Assembly: GCF_964213995.1 (NCBI RefSeq)
Contig: NW_027590120.1
Span: 310,001-374,000 of the forward strand
DNA length: 64,000 bases
From: Mustelus asterias
Lineage: Eukaryota
Direction of reading: 5' to 3'
Shown piece after piece: positions 62,530-64,000 of the stretch. Below the pieces are notes generated by a model, which made no database searches, was not told where the DNA came from, and worked only from the letters and a program-made list of their open reading frames with translations. The position numbers and the translations under genes are program-made. Each line of letters begins with the position of its first letter. The first letter of the stretch is position 1.

Positions 62530-63482
62530 TAGGCTCCATTCCCTCTGACTCCATTCCCCTGAACTCAGAGCATCCCCCCAGGGACCCTCTATCCCTGCTC
62601 CATTCCCCCTGACTCCATCCCCCTGAACTCACTGAGCATCCCCCCAGGGATCCTCTCACCCTGCTCCATTCCCTCTGAACATCATCCCAGGGATCCTTCC
62701 TCCCTGCTCCATCCCCTTGAACATCACCCCAGGGATCCTCTCTCCCTGCTCCATTCCCTCTGACTCCATCCCCCTGAACTCAGAGCATCACCCCAGGGCT
62801 CCTTCCCCCCTGCTCCATCCCCCTGAACATCACCCCAGGGATCCTCCCTCCCTGCTCCATTCCCTCTGACTCCATCCCCCTGAACTCACTGAGCATCACC
62901 CCATGGACCCTCTCTCCCTGCTCCATTCCCCTGAGCATCCCCCCAGGGATCCTTCCTCCCTGCTCCATTCCCTCTGACTCCATCCCCCTGAACTCACTGA
63001 GCATCACCCCAGGGACCCTCTCTCCCTGCTCCATTCCCTCTGACTCCATCCCCCTGAACTCAGAGCATCACCCCAGGGACCCTCTCTCCCTGCTCCATTC
63101 CCTCTGACTCCATCCCCCTGAACTCACTGAGCATCACCCCAGGGACCCTCTCTCCCTGCTCCATTCCCTCTGACTCCATCCCCCTGAACTCACTGAGCAT
63201 CACCCCAGGGATCCTCCCTCCCTGCTCCATTCCCTCTGACTCCATCCCCCTGAACTCACTGAGCATCACCCCAGGGATCCTTCCCCCCTGCTCCATCCCC
63301 CTGAACATCATCCCAGGGACCCTCTCTCCCTGCTCCATCCCCCTGACTCCATCCCCCCAGGGATCCTCACTCCTTGCTCCATTCCCTCTGACTCCATCCC
63401 CCTGAACTCACTGAACATCACCCCAGGGATCCTTGCTCCCTGCTCCATTCCCTCTGTGAGCATTCCCCTGAACTCACTGAAC
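62530..63482. repeat. C-rich minisatellite, ~66-bp unit with shorter variants
   Basis: gcatcaccccagggaccctctctccctgctccattccctctgactccatccccctgaactcactga repeated. Confidence 0.93.
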
Positions 63483-64000
63483 AGAAGGAGTAATCCCAGA
63501 GAAACTGTTGGGAATGGAGTCAGGGAATGTTCCAGGTTTGTGTATTTTTAGTTATCCTGGTGTCAGAACACACACACATCAATAAAACAGGGCATTCCTG
63601 CAAACACACTGCAGCTCCTCATGTCTGTTGTATAACTGTCCCAGGCTCCTGTGAATTCCTTCAACTAGTATGTAATGTAGACTTGAATTGATTTATTTTA
63701 AAACGGTTTATTTTAAACATATTAACACCGGTCTGAAAGTTGTAGACTCAGGACTGTCACACAAATGCTCTCAATCTGATGGTGTGGTGGTATTGTCACT
63801 GGGCTGGGAGCCCAGAGTCCGAGGGTAATGCACTGGGGAGCCAGCTTCCAATCACACCACAGCAAATGGTGAAATCTGAAGTCAATAAAAATCTGTAATT
63901 AAAGGTCTAGCGATGACCATGAAACCATTGCTGTTCAAACCCATTTGGTTCACCGATGTTCACTGATGCCCTTTAGGGAAGGAATTTATACGACTCCAGA

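Noticed and set aside
62780-63338. Repetitive MESEGMEQG protein
   Set aside because: Minisatellite translation with frame breaks between units.

Overview
Vertebrate genomic DNA, almost certainly a shark or other elasmobranch (HE1/V-SINE, SacSINE-like, CR1 and Penelope-type repeats; NAR-TCR segments). The left half (1-32.4 kb) is part of a T-cell receptor alpha/delta V-segment array. It has 5 conventional TCR V segments with 23-bp-spacer RSSs (2 clearly intact, 1 with an unusual leader, 2 defective) plus a truncated V relic. It also has two NAR-TCR cassettes (leader, NAR V, NAR J, leaderless supporting Vdelta) arranged tail-to-tail as a ~9.5-kb inverted duplication, one intact and one decayed. 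No TCR D, J-alpha/delta or C exon is visible. Three unusual items stand out. (i) Both NAR V segments carry a long germline CDR3 extension followed by a 12-RSS facing a 23-RSS J with no D between them, an apparent germline V-D join. (ii) Each supporting Vdelta is followed by a tandem 61-bp array of 23-RSSs (5 and 4 copies). (iii) A 5.7-kb, ~100-copy 56-bp satellite at 43.1-48.8 kb has a perfect RSS heptamer, a 12-bp spacer and a nonamer-like sequence in essentially every unit, next to a CTCF-like motif. A GPR139/142-like pseudogene lies inside the V array. The right half holds nested CR1 LINEs, two C2H2 zinc-finger genes, a partial EMC4 copy, tRNA pseudogenes and a minisatellite. All calls come from reading the sequence by eye; no searches were run.
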